From Gracilinanus agilis (taxonomy: Eukaryota), in the NCBI RefSeq assembly GCF_016433145.1, contig NC_058131.1, forward strand, positions 176,286,924 to 176,350,923: a DNA stretch of 64,000 nt, read 5' to 3'. The position numbers and the translations under genes are program-made. Below are positions 39,321-52,370 of the stretch, piece after piece. Every line of letters starts with the position of its first letter. The first letter of the stretch is position 1. Under the pieces are notes generated by a model that worked only from the letters and a program-made list of their open reading frames with translations, was not told where the DNA came from and searched no databases.

Positions 39321-42175
39321 TAAGAAGGGATTTCAGAATAAAGCATAGATAAATATAGTTTTGTTAAAGCACAATTTTAAAATTGCTTATATTCAAGAAC
39401 AAAAAAATGAAAATAAAGAGTATCTGCAATGAAAATAGAAATGTATTCTAGCACTTTGCTAAAATGGCACAGGGAATTCTACCAGATGGTTCCTAATGAC
39501 CAACACTGCTACAAAATAATGTGGTATCCTTTTGACCTAGTATAGGCTGGACTTCCAGAGCAGAATGTATGTGTATATTGAAATTTAGGGGAATTGAGGA
39601 CACATAAATTTGTCCTTCCCACTTCTCCAACCAGGGGGAGAAAAATCATGACTTTCAAAAAAATGTATAGAGATTGGGAGGAGAATTACAGGATGTTCAA
39701 TCCCTATTTACCTTCTACTGCCTTTGTTTCCCTCTCAGCGTAAAGAATTTCCTGAGAATAGGCCCACCCAATCTTGTATATTATTATGAGAAATTCTAAA
39801 TGCAAGAGTCTAGAAATTTAGCCACTGGATAACATAAATGAAAACAATCCTTAACAGTATTTCCCTGCGGAAAGAACATTACTGCCATGTAGTCTCCATA
39901 GCTAAAGAATGGTGACACACCATACTGAGTCAGGAAATCTGAAGCAACGACCAAATTTTTCCCTGATATTTCAGTGAATTGCTCAGACAGGGTAGGTCTT
40001 GGATTTTGGATTTTGGATTTTGACCCCAATGGGTTGTATAGTCTAGGAGGAGTCTAAAGGATTACTTGAGAACTTTGTACTTTTATTTTTTTCTCATGTT
40101 CTTTGTGAGTCCTTTTTATCTTAAGTATCTCTTTTGTAGTTGTTGAAAAATATCTTGTCCCATACCAATGTGTAAGATCAATATTATACATTATGTGTAT
40201 ATTTGGGAATGATAAAAACTTTTATTCACATTTGAAAAAATCCAAGTGAATCATAATTAATCCTTAAAGTCTGGTGAGTACTTTAACTCTGTGAAAATGA
40301 CCACAAAAATGAGTATCCAAACTTATGTATCCAAATGAGAACATTTATCTGACTCCCCTTTTTCAATCCTCATGGGAGTTATTTCTTTTTTCTGTTTTCA
40401 AAAGTTAATTCTTGAGGCCTTCCCATCTCTTCTAGGATAATGTTCTCTGTAAAATTTTGGCCATTGAATCCAACCTATCTATCCTCTGATCCCCTTGAAA
40501 TCTGCTTTGACCAAATCTAGGATTTATATTAATCTATAACTGATTCCCTCTCCTTCTCTATAAAAAAAATTAAGATGTAACAGTCATCCCCTTGTCCATT
40601 AAGTTTCCATATATCACTTTGCTTTTTTAAGAAAAAGAGAAAGAACAACCAAATTTCGAGATAATTAAGCCTTATTACAACTTTATCAGACTGTCCCTAC
40701 ATCGTGATCTCTTTCTGAAATCCTCAATTACTTATTTGTTCTATTTAGCTGATCTGCAAATATACTTCACAAAAAAAGATTATTTCTAGCTTTCTTCTGT
40801 TTCTTTTTCCAAATACCCTTTACTATCCTTTCCCTACCAAGTTCTTAAATTTTCTGAAAATGAGTACATTTTCTTAATATATAATGCTTCCCCATCTCCC
40901 TCTCTCTCTTTATCATTTTCATTTAGTGTGGCATATCTTTCTAGAACCATATTCTACTACTGGTTCTTATCTCACTAATTCTCAGTGGTAATTGTGAGAT
41001 CCATTTTTATACTTTCCATGAGAATCTCTTGTTCTTGTTGATTGCCAATTAAACCATGTAACAACAATGGATTTTTGCCTGACCCCTTTCTTGAATTTGT
41101 CTCCATTGAACTTAATGATGTCTCTATTAAGTTTTTTTATCAGCTGGCTAAGGTGTCTATCTCAGATCATATGTACATAGTCAATTTTTTCCCAGCATAC
41201 TGTCTTTTGGGTTCAGCCCTTGTGGTTCATTTTTCAAAACTCTTGACAAATATGTTTCTCCTAGATCTTGTTAGGAGCAAGTGTTAGAAATAGGATTCTT
41301 ACCTCCATGTTTTGATTACAAATCAATTGCTCTTTGAAACCATCGCCATGCTACTATTCAGTCTCTTTTAGTTCCAAAAGCATGTGGCTCTAAATGATAT
41401 TAGATTAAGTAGTGACTCAAAGAAATTAAATATCTTACTATTCTGTAACTATTTCTAGATATTTGTATTCCTTTAAATTTTCCTTGAAATATACATTTTA
41501 TAATTCTGTGTATCTATATATTTCTCTGTCTCTACATTCCTTTTAAAATATAAAATGATGTTATTCAATGTTTATATTATTTTAATAATTCTAGTTTTAT
41601 TAAAATAAAAACATTTAAAATAACTATTGGAAGCCTAACTATGCAATATGACTATAATATGGATGTTAACAGGAATCTGTTAGCAATGCATCATAATTTT
41701 ATTGCATGTACCCAGAAGGTGGGAAAAATTTTTCTAGTGATCTAGCAACAAATACTTAGATCTATTAAGTAATGTCATATATTAGGTTACTTGTATTATG
41801 TTTTTCCCAAAAAAATCCATGTAGCACAGTTCTGGATTTAGTAGTTCTGGATTTAGAACAGGAATAACTGCTTTCAAATCCATGTTTTGTTTGTTGTTAG
41901 TTTGGTCACTTAAGTTTGCTGTTTCATCTTTCTGACTCTCAGGCTCCACATCTATAAAATGAATGGTTTGGACAATATGAGCAGTACGGTTCTTCCTAGT
42001 TTGAAACTCTAATGACTTGATCAAAATCTTTGTATGAATGAACGAAAAAAGAAAGCATTTATGGAGTATTTACTATGTTCAAAGTACTGTGCTAATCACT
42101 AAGAATTGTAAAAAGCAATTCTTAATTTTTTTTTAATTAAATGGGGGACCTAGAGGTCCTCTTACCATAGAGATG

Positions 42176-43183
42176 TGTAGGGATCAACCAGCCCACAGTG
42201 ACAGGAAGTAGAAACCATAGAGACAGGAAAGAGAAACCATAGAGACAGGAAGAGGAAACATAGAGACAGGAAGTGAGGTAGGAAAAGATTATAAAAGGAG
42301 TTAGTTGCTGACAGTTGGGGGTCAGTTGCTGACAGTTAGGGCTGGCAGTTGCAGGGAAGTTGGCTGCTGGGCGTGAGTTGGGTTGGTGGTTGGCATTTAG
42401 TTGCTGTAATATAAAGGCAGGCCTGAGCTTACTGAGAGGGCTTTTGACTTTATCCTTTAGAGGGCTTTTTGGCTTTTTGGTTTGGGGCTTTTGGTTTGGG
42501 CCTTTAGATTTTTTTCTTTCTTGTACTTTTTGGAAGATGACTGGTCTTCATTGACAGGCCTAATTGGGGTTGCATTAGACACTGATTAGGTTGATTTTGA
42601 TTGGGATGGATTGGGTTGGAACTTTGTGGGGTGGTTGTAATTAGCAGTAGTTATAGGCAGTTATAGATAGATATAGGCAGGGTTAGGCAGTAATTATACA
42701 TAGTTATAGGTGTTATAGGATAACTAGTATAGACATTAGAAAATTTTCTTTCTCTACCTCTTTCCTATATTTCTTTCCTTTTTTATATTAATTTTACTAT
42801 ATTCCTTTACTATCTCTATTTTAATTAAACTAAATTGTTAATTCTTAAAAGCTGCTAGAAGCGGGGCAGCTGGGTAGCTCAGTGGATTGAGAGCCAGGCC
42901 TAGAGACAGGAGGTCCTAGGTTCAAATCCGGCCTCAGACACTTCCCAGCTGTGTGACCCTGGGCAAGTCACTTGACCCCCATTGCCTACCCTTACCAATC
43001 TTCCACCTATAAGTCAATACACACAGAAGTTAAGGGTTTAAAATTTTTAAAAAAAGCTGCTAGAAGTTTTCTCTGCCTTAAAGGTATAATTTTAATTTAC
43101 AACTCTACTATATTCTCCATTAAAACTTAAATTATTAAAAGCTGCTCTCTTATTTTGTCAAAACTCCTAATTTAACCCTTACT
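42176..43183 (+). mobile_element. Solo ERV LTR (about 800 bp after removing the inserted SINE)
   Basis: Begins TGTAGGG; TATAAAA at 42290-42296; G/T-skewed middle; ATTAAA signals near the 3' end; ends AACCCTTAC(T), where the canonical CA is not intact. TSD imperfect (AGATG/GAATG). Confidence 0.7.
42862..43051 (+). mobile_element. SINE-1, young, inserted in the LTR
   Basis: Perfect 15-bp TSD AAAAGCTGCTAGAAG at 42847-42861 and 43052-43066. By eye it differs from the 18633 copy by about 2 substitutions and one CA unit in the body. Confidence 0.95.
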
Positions 43184-43783
43184 GAATGAAAACAATAAGA
43201 AAACAAAATAGTTCCTGTACTTGGGCAATTTATATTGATTAGAGGAAGTCCATATGTATAAAAGGAAAGTGCCCAGGGAGAGATATTTTGGTTAGAGAAG
43301 TCACAACAATGGATAGTGGCGAAAGAGAGCAATATTTTGACATATCCTTTACAGGAATGGTAGTGTTGTTTTGAATATTGTTCCCAGAGGAAGAGGAGAA
43401 AAATGAGATCAGAGGGAAGGAGAAGTGAAAAGTGGAATCTAAAATACAGGAGCATGGCTTGAAGATGGCCAAAGGAAAACAGGAAGCAGTATCAGGTGGA
43501 GTAACAAATATCAAATGCTCAAATCTCAGATGATCAGGGCAATAGATAAAGTAAAGGGTTAAAGACAGAGTCAGGAGCTCAGAAGAATGACCTGGAAGAT
43601 GTTGAGGAAATAGCAGAAGCCCTGAATGAGATTGTACTTTAGAGGACTGTTACTTTTTTTAAATCCCTACCCCACATTTCCCTTATTTTCTTTTACAATA
43701 AAGTCCTTCTTTCCAGTTTTTTTTTTCATGGAACTTTTCTCGGTTCCCCCAGGTACTAGTACCTTCCTCCAAAGTATTATTAG

Positions 43784-43786
<3 letters not shown>

Positions 43787-43840
<54 letters not shown>
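43787..43840. repeat. (TA)27 microsatellite
   Basis: Read directly. It produces the IY/YI-repeat ORFs. Confidence 0.95.
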
Positions 43841-43848
<8 letters not shown>

Positions 43849-44143
43849 AATTAAGAAGCATTTACTATATTCCAGGCAAGATGCTTGGACTATCCTTGGC
43901 AGGAAACTGAATAATCTAAGATGTGTGAGAAGGAAGAATCCAAGTCCTCTGGCTCATTGGAATCTAAATATAAACTGGACAGAGTGTCTAGCTCAGACCC
44001 TTGCCTTTGCATTCTACTAAAGACTTCTGAATGATGGAGAATTTGGGGAAGGGTATCACTGTCAAAAGATTCTTCTAGGTCTCTCCTTGCCTCTTAGCTA
44101 TCTATCCTGAATTATGTCAGGCAAAAAGAGGANTATATATATT

Positions 44144-44339
44144 TTAAACCCTTACCTTCCATCTTGGAGTCAATACTCTGTATTGGGTCCAAGGAGGAAA
44201 ACTGGTAAAGGCTAGACAATGGGGGTTAAGTGACTTGCCCAGGGTCATACAGCTAGGAAGTGTCTGAGGCCAGATTTGAACCTAGGACCTCCCATCTCTA
44301 GGCCTGGCTCACAATTCACTGAGCCACCCAGCTACCCCC
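44144..44339 (-). mobile_element. SINE-1-like (long-tail variant), antisense
   Basis: TTTTAAACCCTTACCTTCCATCTTGGAGTCAATAC...CACTGAGCCACCCAGCTACCCC. Confidence 0.9.
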
Positions 44340-47162
44340 AAAATATATATGTATATTATGTATAATATGCAGATATTACATAAATATAGATATACACTTA
44401 CCAGTGAATATATTTTAGAATATAAACTCCTGAATCTCAGTGACTATTTCTCCAGCATCATTTTGTCCCCAACTCTAAGCCCAGTTTCTGGCAAATAGTA
44501 GGTACTTAATAAATGATTTATTCATCTTTTCTTCACTTGTTTTCTTTCTTTCCCATTGATTCTCTCTTCTATTTTGCCTATCTTCATTATTTAATAAGAT
44601 TCATCAGTCTGATAAGACACTCTCTCCCCAGCTCAATGGGACTATAGAATGTAAGCTATTGTCAGAAGGGTATGGGGGTGGAGAGAAGGACAATGAAGTT
44701 AGATTCTGTGGAAGCTGAAATGTAATACCTGATAGCCATGTGCTACAGATTCCTGTGGATATTGTTGCTCTGTAATTGTGGCTGCCTCCTGATGATTAGG
44801 TGACTATAGCCCAAGAAGGAATCTCTGAGGAAACATCTTCCTTCAGGCTATAAGAGTGAGCTATGAGACACTACTTCTTCCTTTCGCCTTTTCTGCATGC
44901 TTTATAACCTTTGAACTCCCTGAGAACAGCAAGAGAGAAGGGGTTTTCTCACTCCTACTTCCCTAGAGCAGAAAATAAAAAGTATCAGGAGGGCAAGCTA
45001 ATGGGTCCCAAGGTATGCTTTTTCAGATGAACCTGAGATTGTTTTTCCAAAACCTCAAATTCAGGACTGTCTTATTCTCCCTGTCTAGTTCTATTTCTGA
45101 TAATGTGTTGGAAATTAGTGATCGGGAGGAAGGCTATTTTCAGTCTTGTGGTCTATCTAGTAGTCAGTCCTGAATGTTAGGGCCTAGGAAGGTAATTCTT
45201 GAGTTCCTTTCTGCCATTTGGAGACTTCCTTAAAAATGCAGTTTTCAGAGAGAATGATTTCCAAAAGAAAGATCTTATAGCTGTCAATTAAGCTACATGT
45301 GGTCAATATCTGTGATATTGCTATTAGTTGTTCAGATGATGAAGATTCAAGAACAAAAAGAAAAATACATATACATATATACAGAAAACCTCTATAAGGT
45401 ATTCATCTTCAGGGAAGAATATAATAAATACATAATAATTATAATAAAGGGCTTTTTCAGTACCTTATTTGACATATTTATTAATAAATGCTTTTGACTT
45501 CTTTCATTTTATACATTTTCTGTGTGGGGTGAAATAAAAACAGGTTATTATAACCAGTTAACCTATTGAGTATTGAATAACTTCCACTATAGGAGAAAAC
45601 CCTATTGTCCACCTTAGGGGATACCTGGATATAAGCCACACTTAAGATTCATTTTAGAGATGGCCCAGGAGTTCTGTCCCAAAGTAGGGACAGAGACAAA
45701 GGAAGATGATGGCATTCTGGAGTAGGGATTGAACCCTGGGTTTGATGCTCATCCATCCAAATTATGATTGAACCTCATCCATCTGAGCCAAGAATCAGAC
45801 AAGGAAAATAGTAAAGCTGAAACTCTGTCACAGATGATGAAAGGATCATAGGACTTAGGGAGGAATGCACTTCAGAGATCTTCTAATATTGCCTCAACAA
45901 TTAAGAGATTATAAAATTGAATTGAGGTCCAGAGAGAAGGGAGGTGCATAAGGTCACACAGGTAAGTCAGTAGCAGAGCAGGGATTCCAACCCACGTCTT
46001 CTGCTCCCAAATCCAGTGTTGCATTTGCTACTACTATCTACCTCTCTTATTCTTATTGCTATGAGGCTTCATTTCCCATGGTGCTCGTCTCTCCCTTTCT
46101 TGCTCTGTTCATCTTGATGGAGTTCAGATACCTGACTAAAGGCTAAGATATCTCTTCTCTCATTCTTTTGCTCTTCCCTTAAGTTCTGATTTCCTGTGTA
46201 ACTGACTAGCAACTCTACTCTGAGGAAAAATTCCAGTACAACATTTTTTCTTAACTTTCTCTCCAACTTTTTGCAGCCATTTCTTGCTGTCAGCTCACTA
46301 ACTCATCTCTCCAGTTCTCATGTTCCCCTTACAAAAATATCTGCTCACTCTGACCTTTGAAAAGGGCAAGAGAGGTTTTTAGCACCAACTAACAGAAAGG
46401 AGATGAGACGTCTGACAGTACCCATGGCACCAAGGATACTCTAATTTCCCATAGTAGAGCCTCCATATCTCTTGGCTGAATCACTCTACTTCTTAAGCAG
46501 CTGAAGATAGTAAATCTGCAGTGGAGATACAAAAAGAAATAGACTTCAAAGTATAAATTGTTGCCTGTAAAGGAAGCAAAAACTTGTCATCTTTCATCCT
46601 TACTATCCAGGGCAAATGTAGCCTTGAAAAATTCCCTTTAAGGAAGTCCTCAGTTTGAGTATTTGCTCCATAATCCCCTTTGTCCTAAGATGATTGCTTT
46701 GAGCTTCACAATTTAGCCACATTGTACAGTTTAAGAGAGTATTTTTTAAGACATATGTATTTTAACTTTCTCTTTTTATACCAAGCTACTCAGTCCATTC
46801 CCCTCTAGCAACAGGGAACTTTTCAAGAAGCTTAAGTTAGAGAATAAGCTTTCACATTGTATTCTTCAGTTTAAAGTCAGAAGACAGTGTTCTGAGAAGA
46901 GGCATAGATGTGGAGATTTTTTTTTTTTAAAAGAAGAAAGATATGAATTCAAATTCCAGCTCTGTCACTTTCTACTTGTATAAACTGGTGCAAGAATTTC
47001 AGTTTTCTGTGACTATTTCCTTTTCTATAAGATGAAAACAAGTGGGTTACATGAGATCAAAGTATTTAGACCTGGAAGAGATGCTTAAAGATCATCTACT
47101 CTGACCTCTAAACATTTTTATCTCTAAACATTTTTCCATAATAGGAAACTGAGCCCTAGAGA

Positions 47163-47565
47163 GGGGCAGCTGGGTGGCTCAGTGGATTGAGAGTCAGGCC
47201 TAGAGACTGGAGGTCCTAGGTTCAAGTCCGGCCTCGGACACTTCCAGCTGTGTGACCTTGGGCAAGTCACTTGACCCCTATCGCCCACCCTTACCACTCC
47301 TGGGCCAAGGACAGTCCCTAGCCCAGATGAAAAAGGAGGAGGGTTGGGCGTGGGGCTAGCAACCCCACCCTGTAAAAACTACATCTGCTAAAGAAACTGC
47401 AACCTAAAGTAGGGGCAGCTGGGCTAGCTCAGTGGATTGAGAGCCAGGCCTAGAGAGGAAAGGTCCTAGGTTCAAATCCGGGCTCAGACACTTCCCAGCT
47501 GGGTGACCCTGAGCGACCCATTGCCTACTGGTTGTGGCCCTATGCTCCTAGAATGGAGTCCCAGG

Positions 47566-47622
<57 letters not shown>
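47163..47622 (+). mobile_element. Composite retroposon: SINE-1 head + RTE-5'UTR-like segment + second SINE-1 head + RTE-3'-like segment + A55
   Basis: Two Pol III A/B-box heads (47163, 47412), a pure poly(A) at 47568-47622, and TSD GAGCCCTAGAGA (47151-47162) / GAGGCCTAGAGA (47623-47634). It interrupts an antisense MIR. Confidence 0.85.
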
Positions 47623-47626
<4 letters not shown>

Positions 47627-48739
47627 CCTAGAGAAACATGACCTCTGGTTCAAGTCACACAACTAGCAAGCAGCAGAGCTGGAATGATCTCTTATGTCTC
47701 ACACAGCACTCTGGCATCTTGTATTTATAAGATTCTTTGACTATCTTAAAGCCTGAATTGTTTCAGCTTATTAAGCAGAAAAGAGATGCCTGGTAGAAAT
47801 CTAAAAAGATGTGCTTGGCTGGACCCTTTTTTTCCAAGATCACAGTGTCAGCTTTGATGAGATATTTAATTAACAACAATAGTAAAAGATGGTTGACTTT
47901 TAGAAACTGGAAATACTCACATATACAGCCCTTGTCTCCCTTCCTGCACTTTCTCTTCTGGGTGTGTATGTATTTTTCATTAAACATTCTTTGGTTCTTG
48001 AGATATTGAAGTTATTCAGCATAATACCTACTCATTAGAAATGCTTTATACTTATCATATCTTGAAGATGGACTTATCAGTTCTTTCTTTCAACCCTGTG
48101 TCCCAGATTAATATGCATTGTGATAGAACTTATTTGACAGGCTTGAATGGGTCAGCCCACAAGGAGATAGCATTACTAACACAGAGCTGTTTGAATAGAA
48201 CTTAGAGTAGGCATTTGTTTTTTGTCTAAGTTGCAGTTGCAACAAGCTCTGGCCTAATAGAAAGATCTGCATTCAAATCATGGCCATGCTATGTACCATA
48301 TGTTTGATTTTGGAGTAATCTAGAGTGGTTTTCTTATTCAAGAAGTTATCAGTTGAATTACAGGGTGTCTCAAAAAGTCTTAGTTTGGCTTTACCTATAA
48401 TGAGACCTTCTAGACATCATGTCTATGACTTCTAAAGTCCTTTCCAACCCTAAGATTCTGGTATTTGGGGAAATAACTAAACCTCTATGGCATTCAATTT
48501 CCTCATTTAGAAAAAGAGGAGAAACTTAATAATCATTAATGTGTTTTTCCACCATAAACTCTTATAATCCTATGACGCAATAATTCAGGCCTTAAGAGAC
48601 ACTCTTCTCCCACATGTAAGCTCCTTCCATTAACAAGCCATCTCTTCTACAAGAGGAGAGTTACTCTTTGAGAGTTAATTTGGCTAAAATTTCATCAATC
48701 CAGGAGAAAAAAAGATTTATTAATTCCAATATATGGAGG

Positions 48740-49520
48740 TCATTGTTTACAGCTTAGGGAAACAAAGACAGAGAGGAAATAATCCTTGATCTCAGGGAGC
48801 TTATGTTCTGTTGGAAGAAAGGCAACATATAAGCAAATACAATATAGATACAAAGTCACGTGAAATAATTTTAAAAGGAAAATGTTAATAATTAGAAGAA
48901 TGAGGAGAGGTCTTTTAAAGACAGCATCATGGGAGCTATGTTTTGAAAGAAACAAGGGAGAGTCAATCAGTCAATAGGCATTTATTGAGCACCTAAAACA
49001 TGCCGGGTACTTGCTAAGAATTGGGTATACAAAGAAAGTAAAAAAAAAATCCCTATCCTCATGTTGCTCACAGTTTAATGGAAGAGACAAGAAGTAAACA
49101 AATATTTGCAAACAGGATATGTGCAAGATGAATTATAAAAAATCACCAAAAGAAAAGCACTGGAATTAAGAGAGATTTGTAAAGGCTTCCTGTAGAAGGT
49201 GAGATTTTAGATGAGACTTGAAGAGATGGTGTGTCTTGTTTATAAAACAGTAAGAAAGAGTCTTATTGAATCAAAGAAAACATGGAAGTGTGTAAGGTAT
49301 AAGAATATTGGAAATGTGGGAGGTGATGGGACACATTAAAAAGAACTTTAAACACAGAACATTTTATATTTGATTCTGGAAGTTTTTAGGAGCCTCTGCA
49401 GCTTATTGTGTATGGGGATGACATGATCAGATCAATGTTTTAGGAAAGTCACTTTGGCAGCTGACTGGATGCTGGACTGGAATGGAGAGAAATTTGTGGT
49501 AAGGAAAACAGAACCTACTT
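48740..49520 (-). mobile_element. L2 3' region fragments, antisense
   Basis: Two antisense L2 tails (CCTTGATCTCAGGGAGCTTATGTTCTG; TCAATAGGCATTTATTGAGCACCT) followed by typical purine-rich antisense L2 body. Confidence 0.7.
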
Positions 49521-49850
49521 ATTGATGAGTCATATCAGAGTTAGATTGATCCTCAGATAGTCATCAAATAATCAACAGGTGTTTCTTAGGTCCCTATTAT
49601 CTATTTGCAATATGCTAAATCCCAAGCATAAAGAAAAAATATGAAATATTGGACACATGGCACATATTAGGCCTACCATAAGTTCTTTCTAACTGAGTAG
49701 AATCATTGAAGCCTTATATTTTGCTAACAAAGCCTATGAAAACCAAAAACTACCTTCATGGCATGGACAGGAATTGGAGGACTCATTGGCAGAGAAATAA
49801 GTAGATACGCACTCAGAAAAAAGAAAGGGAGAAAATGATAAGATAGAATT

Positions 49851-50042
49851 CAGTGATTCCCAAAGTGGGCACCACCGCCCCCTGGTGGGTGCTGCTCTGA
49901 TCCAGGAAGGCAGTGACGGCCACAGATGCATTTATCTTTCCTATTAATTGCTATTAAAATTTTTAAATTAATTTCCAGGGGGCTAAGTAATATTTTTTTT
50001 CTGGAAAGGGGGCAGTTGGCCAAAAAAGTTTGGGAACCACTG
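49851..50042 (+). mobile_element. hAT (Charlie-like) MITE, 192 bp
   Basis: TIRs CAGTGATTCCCAAAG and GTTTGGGAACCACTG. The 8-bp TSD is not cleanly recoverable (ATAGAATT/AAATAGAT). Confidence 0.85.
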
Positions 50043-51629
50043 AAATAGATGGATGTATTTCTACTGGTTGGTTTCTTCTGTTTTTCCTTTAATCCCAGTA
50101 TTTCGCTATGTCCTTCATTATGGCTTATTCATTTAATTTCAAAGTGTCCATTGAGACTGGGGAATTTGAGAGTGTCATAATGGGAAACTAAGCTTCTCAT
50201 TTCAAGACTGATAACAGCCTGAGTTCATTATCATGTGGGCGCCTCATCTCTGGTTCCTGTCAGACAGGTGGCAAACCATTATTTCTTTTGGTCTATTTTA
50301 GTTCTGTCTTTCTCAAATGATAGCTCCATCTGCCTGTGTTGTCGATCTGCCGGGGAAATGTGATTAAAGTTAAGAATTTAGAAGTGTAAAGAAAGCTTTC
50401 CAAATGACCACTTCCATACCACACATTATTGTTAGCATTCATCTCCCTTCCCCTCCTCAAGGTCTCATTCGGAGTTCCTCTTCTCTCCTTAGAGACAATG
50501 CTTCCTACCACCACTTATACATAGAGTGACAACAGATAGAAGTTTACACTGATACTATAAATGTTCAGTGGATAAATAAGGGATTCAACCATCTGGATTT
50601 TTCACCTGTGTAAAATACACAGGGAAATAATGAATAGCCTTGTTCAGTGACCACTGAAGCCAGACAGTCACACTCACAAAAAATAAATTTAACCCCAAAT
50701 CACATTGCTAACAGCTTCTTGGCAAAAGGAGAGATCATTTCTATTTACACCTTGAACTTCCATAAAAACAAGTGGCAGTTTCTGAAGCTAGAATGTTGGT
50801 ACATTTGGCCATAGAAGCAAAAATGTGGGTCACTGGTCTCACAAAATTGCCGGCTATTTATTTTAAATTTCTTTTTCAAAGGATTTAACCCTTAAAACCA
50901 GGTCAACTTCTGAAAATTCAATCATGTCACCTGTCAAGACATACGTCCTACATTCACTCCTTCAATATAACTGTAATGATTCCTTTTCATAATCCATGTA
51001 AAAAATGTACAGTTAACATTTAAAGAATGCAGAGAGACATCTTATTTTATCTCAAAGGGGAAACAAAAAATATGGGGAGAGTGGTCTGGCATCTCTCCAT
51101 ATTGGGAATCTGGGGAAATTCCTTCTAGAAGGATCATGGTGACATAAAGGAACTATGCAGCCAAAGAGACATTTGGTAATGATCTGGCCAGTTAACCAAA
51201 GAGGAAACTGTAGATCTCTCTTCTTTGCCTCATTTCCTTCTTTCCTCTTGGTATCTAGAGAAAGAAATGGAATCTTCAGTCTTGGAAGGTTTGAAATATT
51301 AGGCAAGTGAGCCACACGAATCCAGAAGTCAGAGTTTAGGCCAGGTTTCTCAGCCAGAATAATAGTAATGCTCCAGGGAGCATGGAACAACATTGTGAAC
51401 TATGGCCCAGCATGAGTATTCATCCAGGAATTGTGCTGCATCTGGACATAGTAAATGCATAATAAATGCTTGTTCTCTTCACTTTGTGGTAAAAATGTTA
51501 TGTAGTTGCTGAGCTAAGTTTCAAATCCACTCTGCACAGAGACAGAAGTGTAGAGAAGAGAATACACAAGAGGAAATGCAGAGGATATGTTTATACATTT
51601 ATTTCTGCTATATCTTTGAATTTATTATT

Positions 51630-52370
51630 TGCTATATAGATCACCAAGATTTTTCAGTCTCAGAGCCACCTTGGAATCTTCATTTTCCAAAACTTACTCC
51701 ACTCACCACCATTCCGGCAGTTGTCATATCTTATCAATTATAACCTCTGCAGCATTTCAGGCAACTATTTCATTATTTAGAGTCACCTAACCAAAACCCT
51801 AGTTGAGTCCTTCATCATCTCTTCTAGGAATATTCTAATAGCTTTTATAATTGCTCTTCCTGCCTAAAACTTCTCTTCTTATCAAACCCTACTCATACAG
51901 TATCAAATCATTATCCCTAAAGCATGGATATGACCACATTGTTCACCTGCTCAAGAAGCTTTAGAGGCTCCCTATTACATTTGAGACCACATATCAAATC
52001 TTCTGGTTGGCATTTAGAAGCCTTTCATAATCTGACTTAAATCTGTACTTACAGATTTATTTCACACCCTTTGTGTTTCAATCAAACTACCATACTTAGT
52101 GTTTACTCCATATGACATTCCATATCTGACCTCTGAATATCCATACAATCTTTGCACAAATATTCTGTCCATCATTCTTTCTCACCTCCATTTCCTAGAA
52201 ACTCAATATCCCTTGATGACACAGCTCAAGTGTGTCTTCCATAAAGGAGTTTTCCTAATCACATTCAGTTATTAGTGTAATCCTCCCTTTGAAATTACTT
52301 GGTATTTATTTATCCCAAATGTTGCTCCCCCCTCTTTTCCCAATGGAGTGTACAATTCTTTAAGGCAAGA
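51630..52370 (+). mobile_element. L2 3' region
   Basis: CCCTAGTTGAGTCCTTCATCATCTC...CCTAAAGCATGGATATGACCAC...GGCTCCCTATT resembles the L2 3' body. Confidence 0.7.

Noticed and set aside
12244-47530. tRNA genes
   Set aside because: The A/B-box sequences are tRNA-derived SINE heads without a cloverleaf or acceptor stem.
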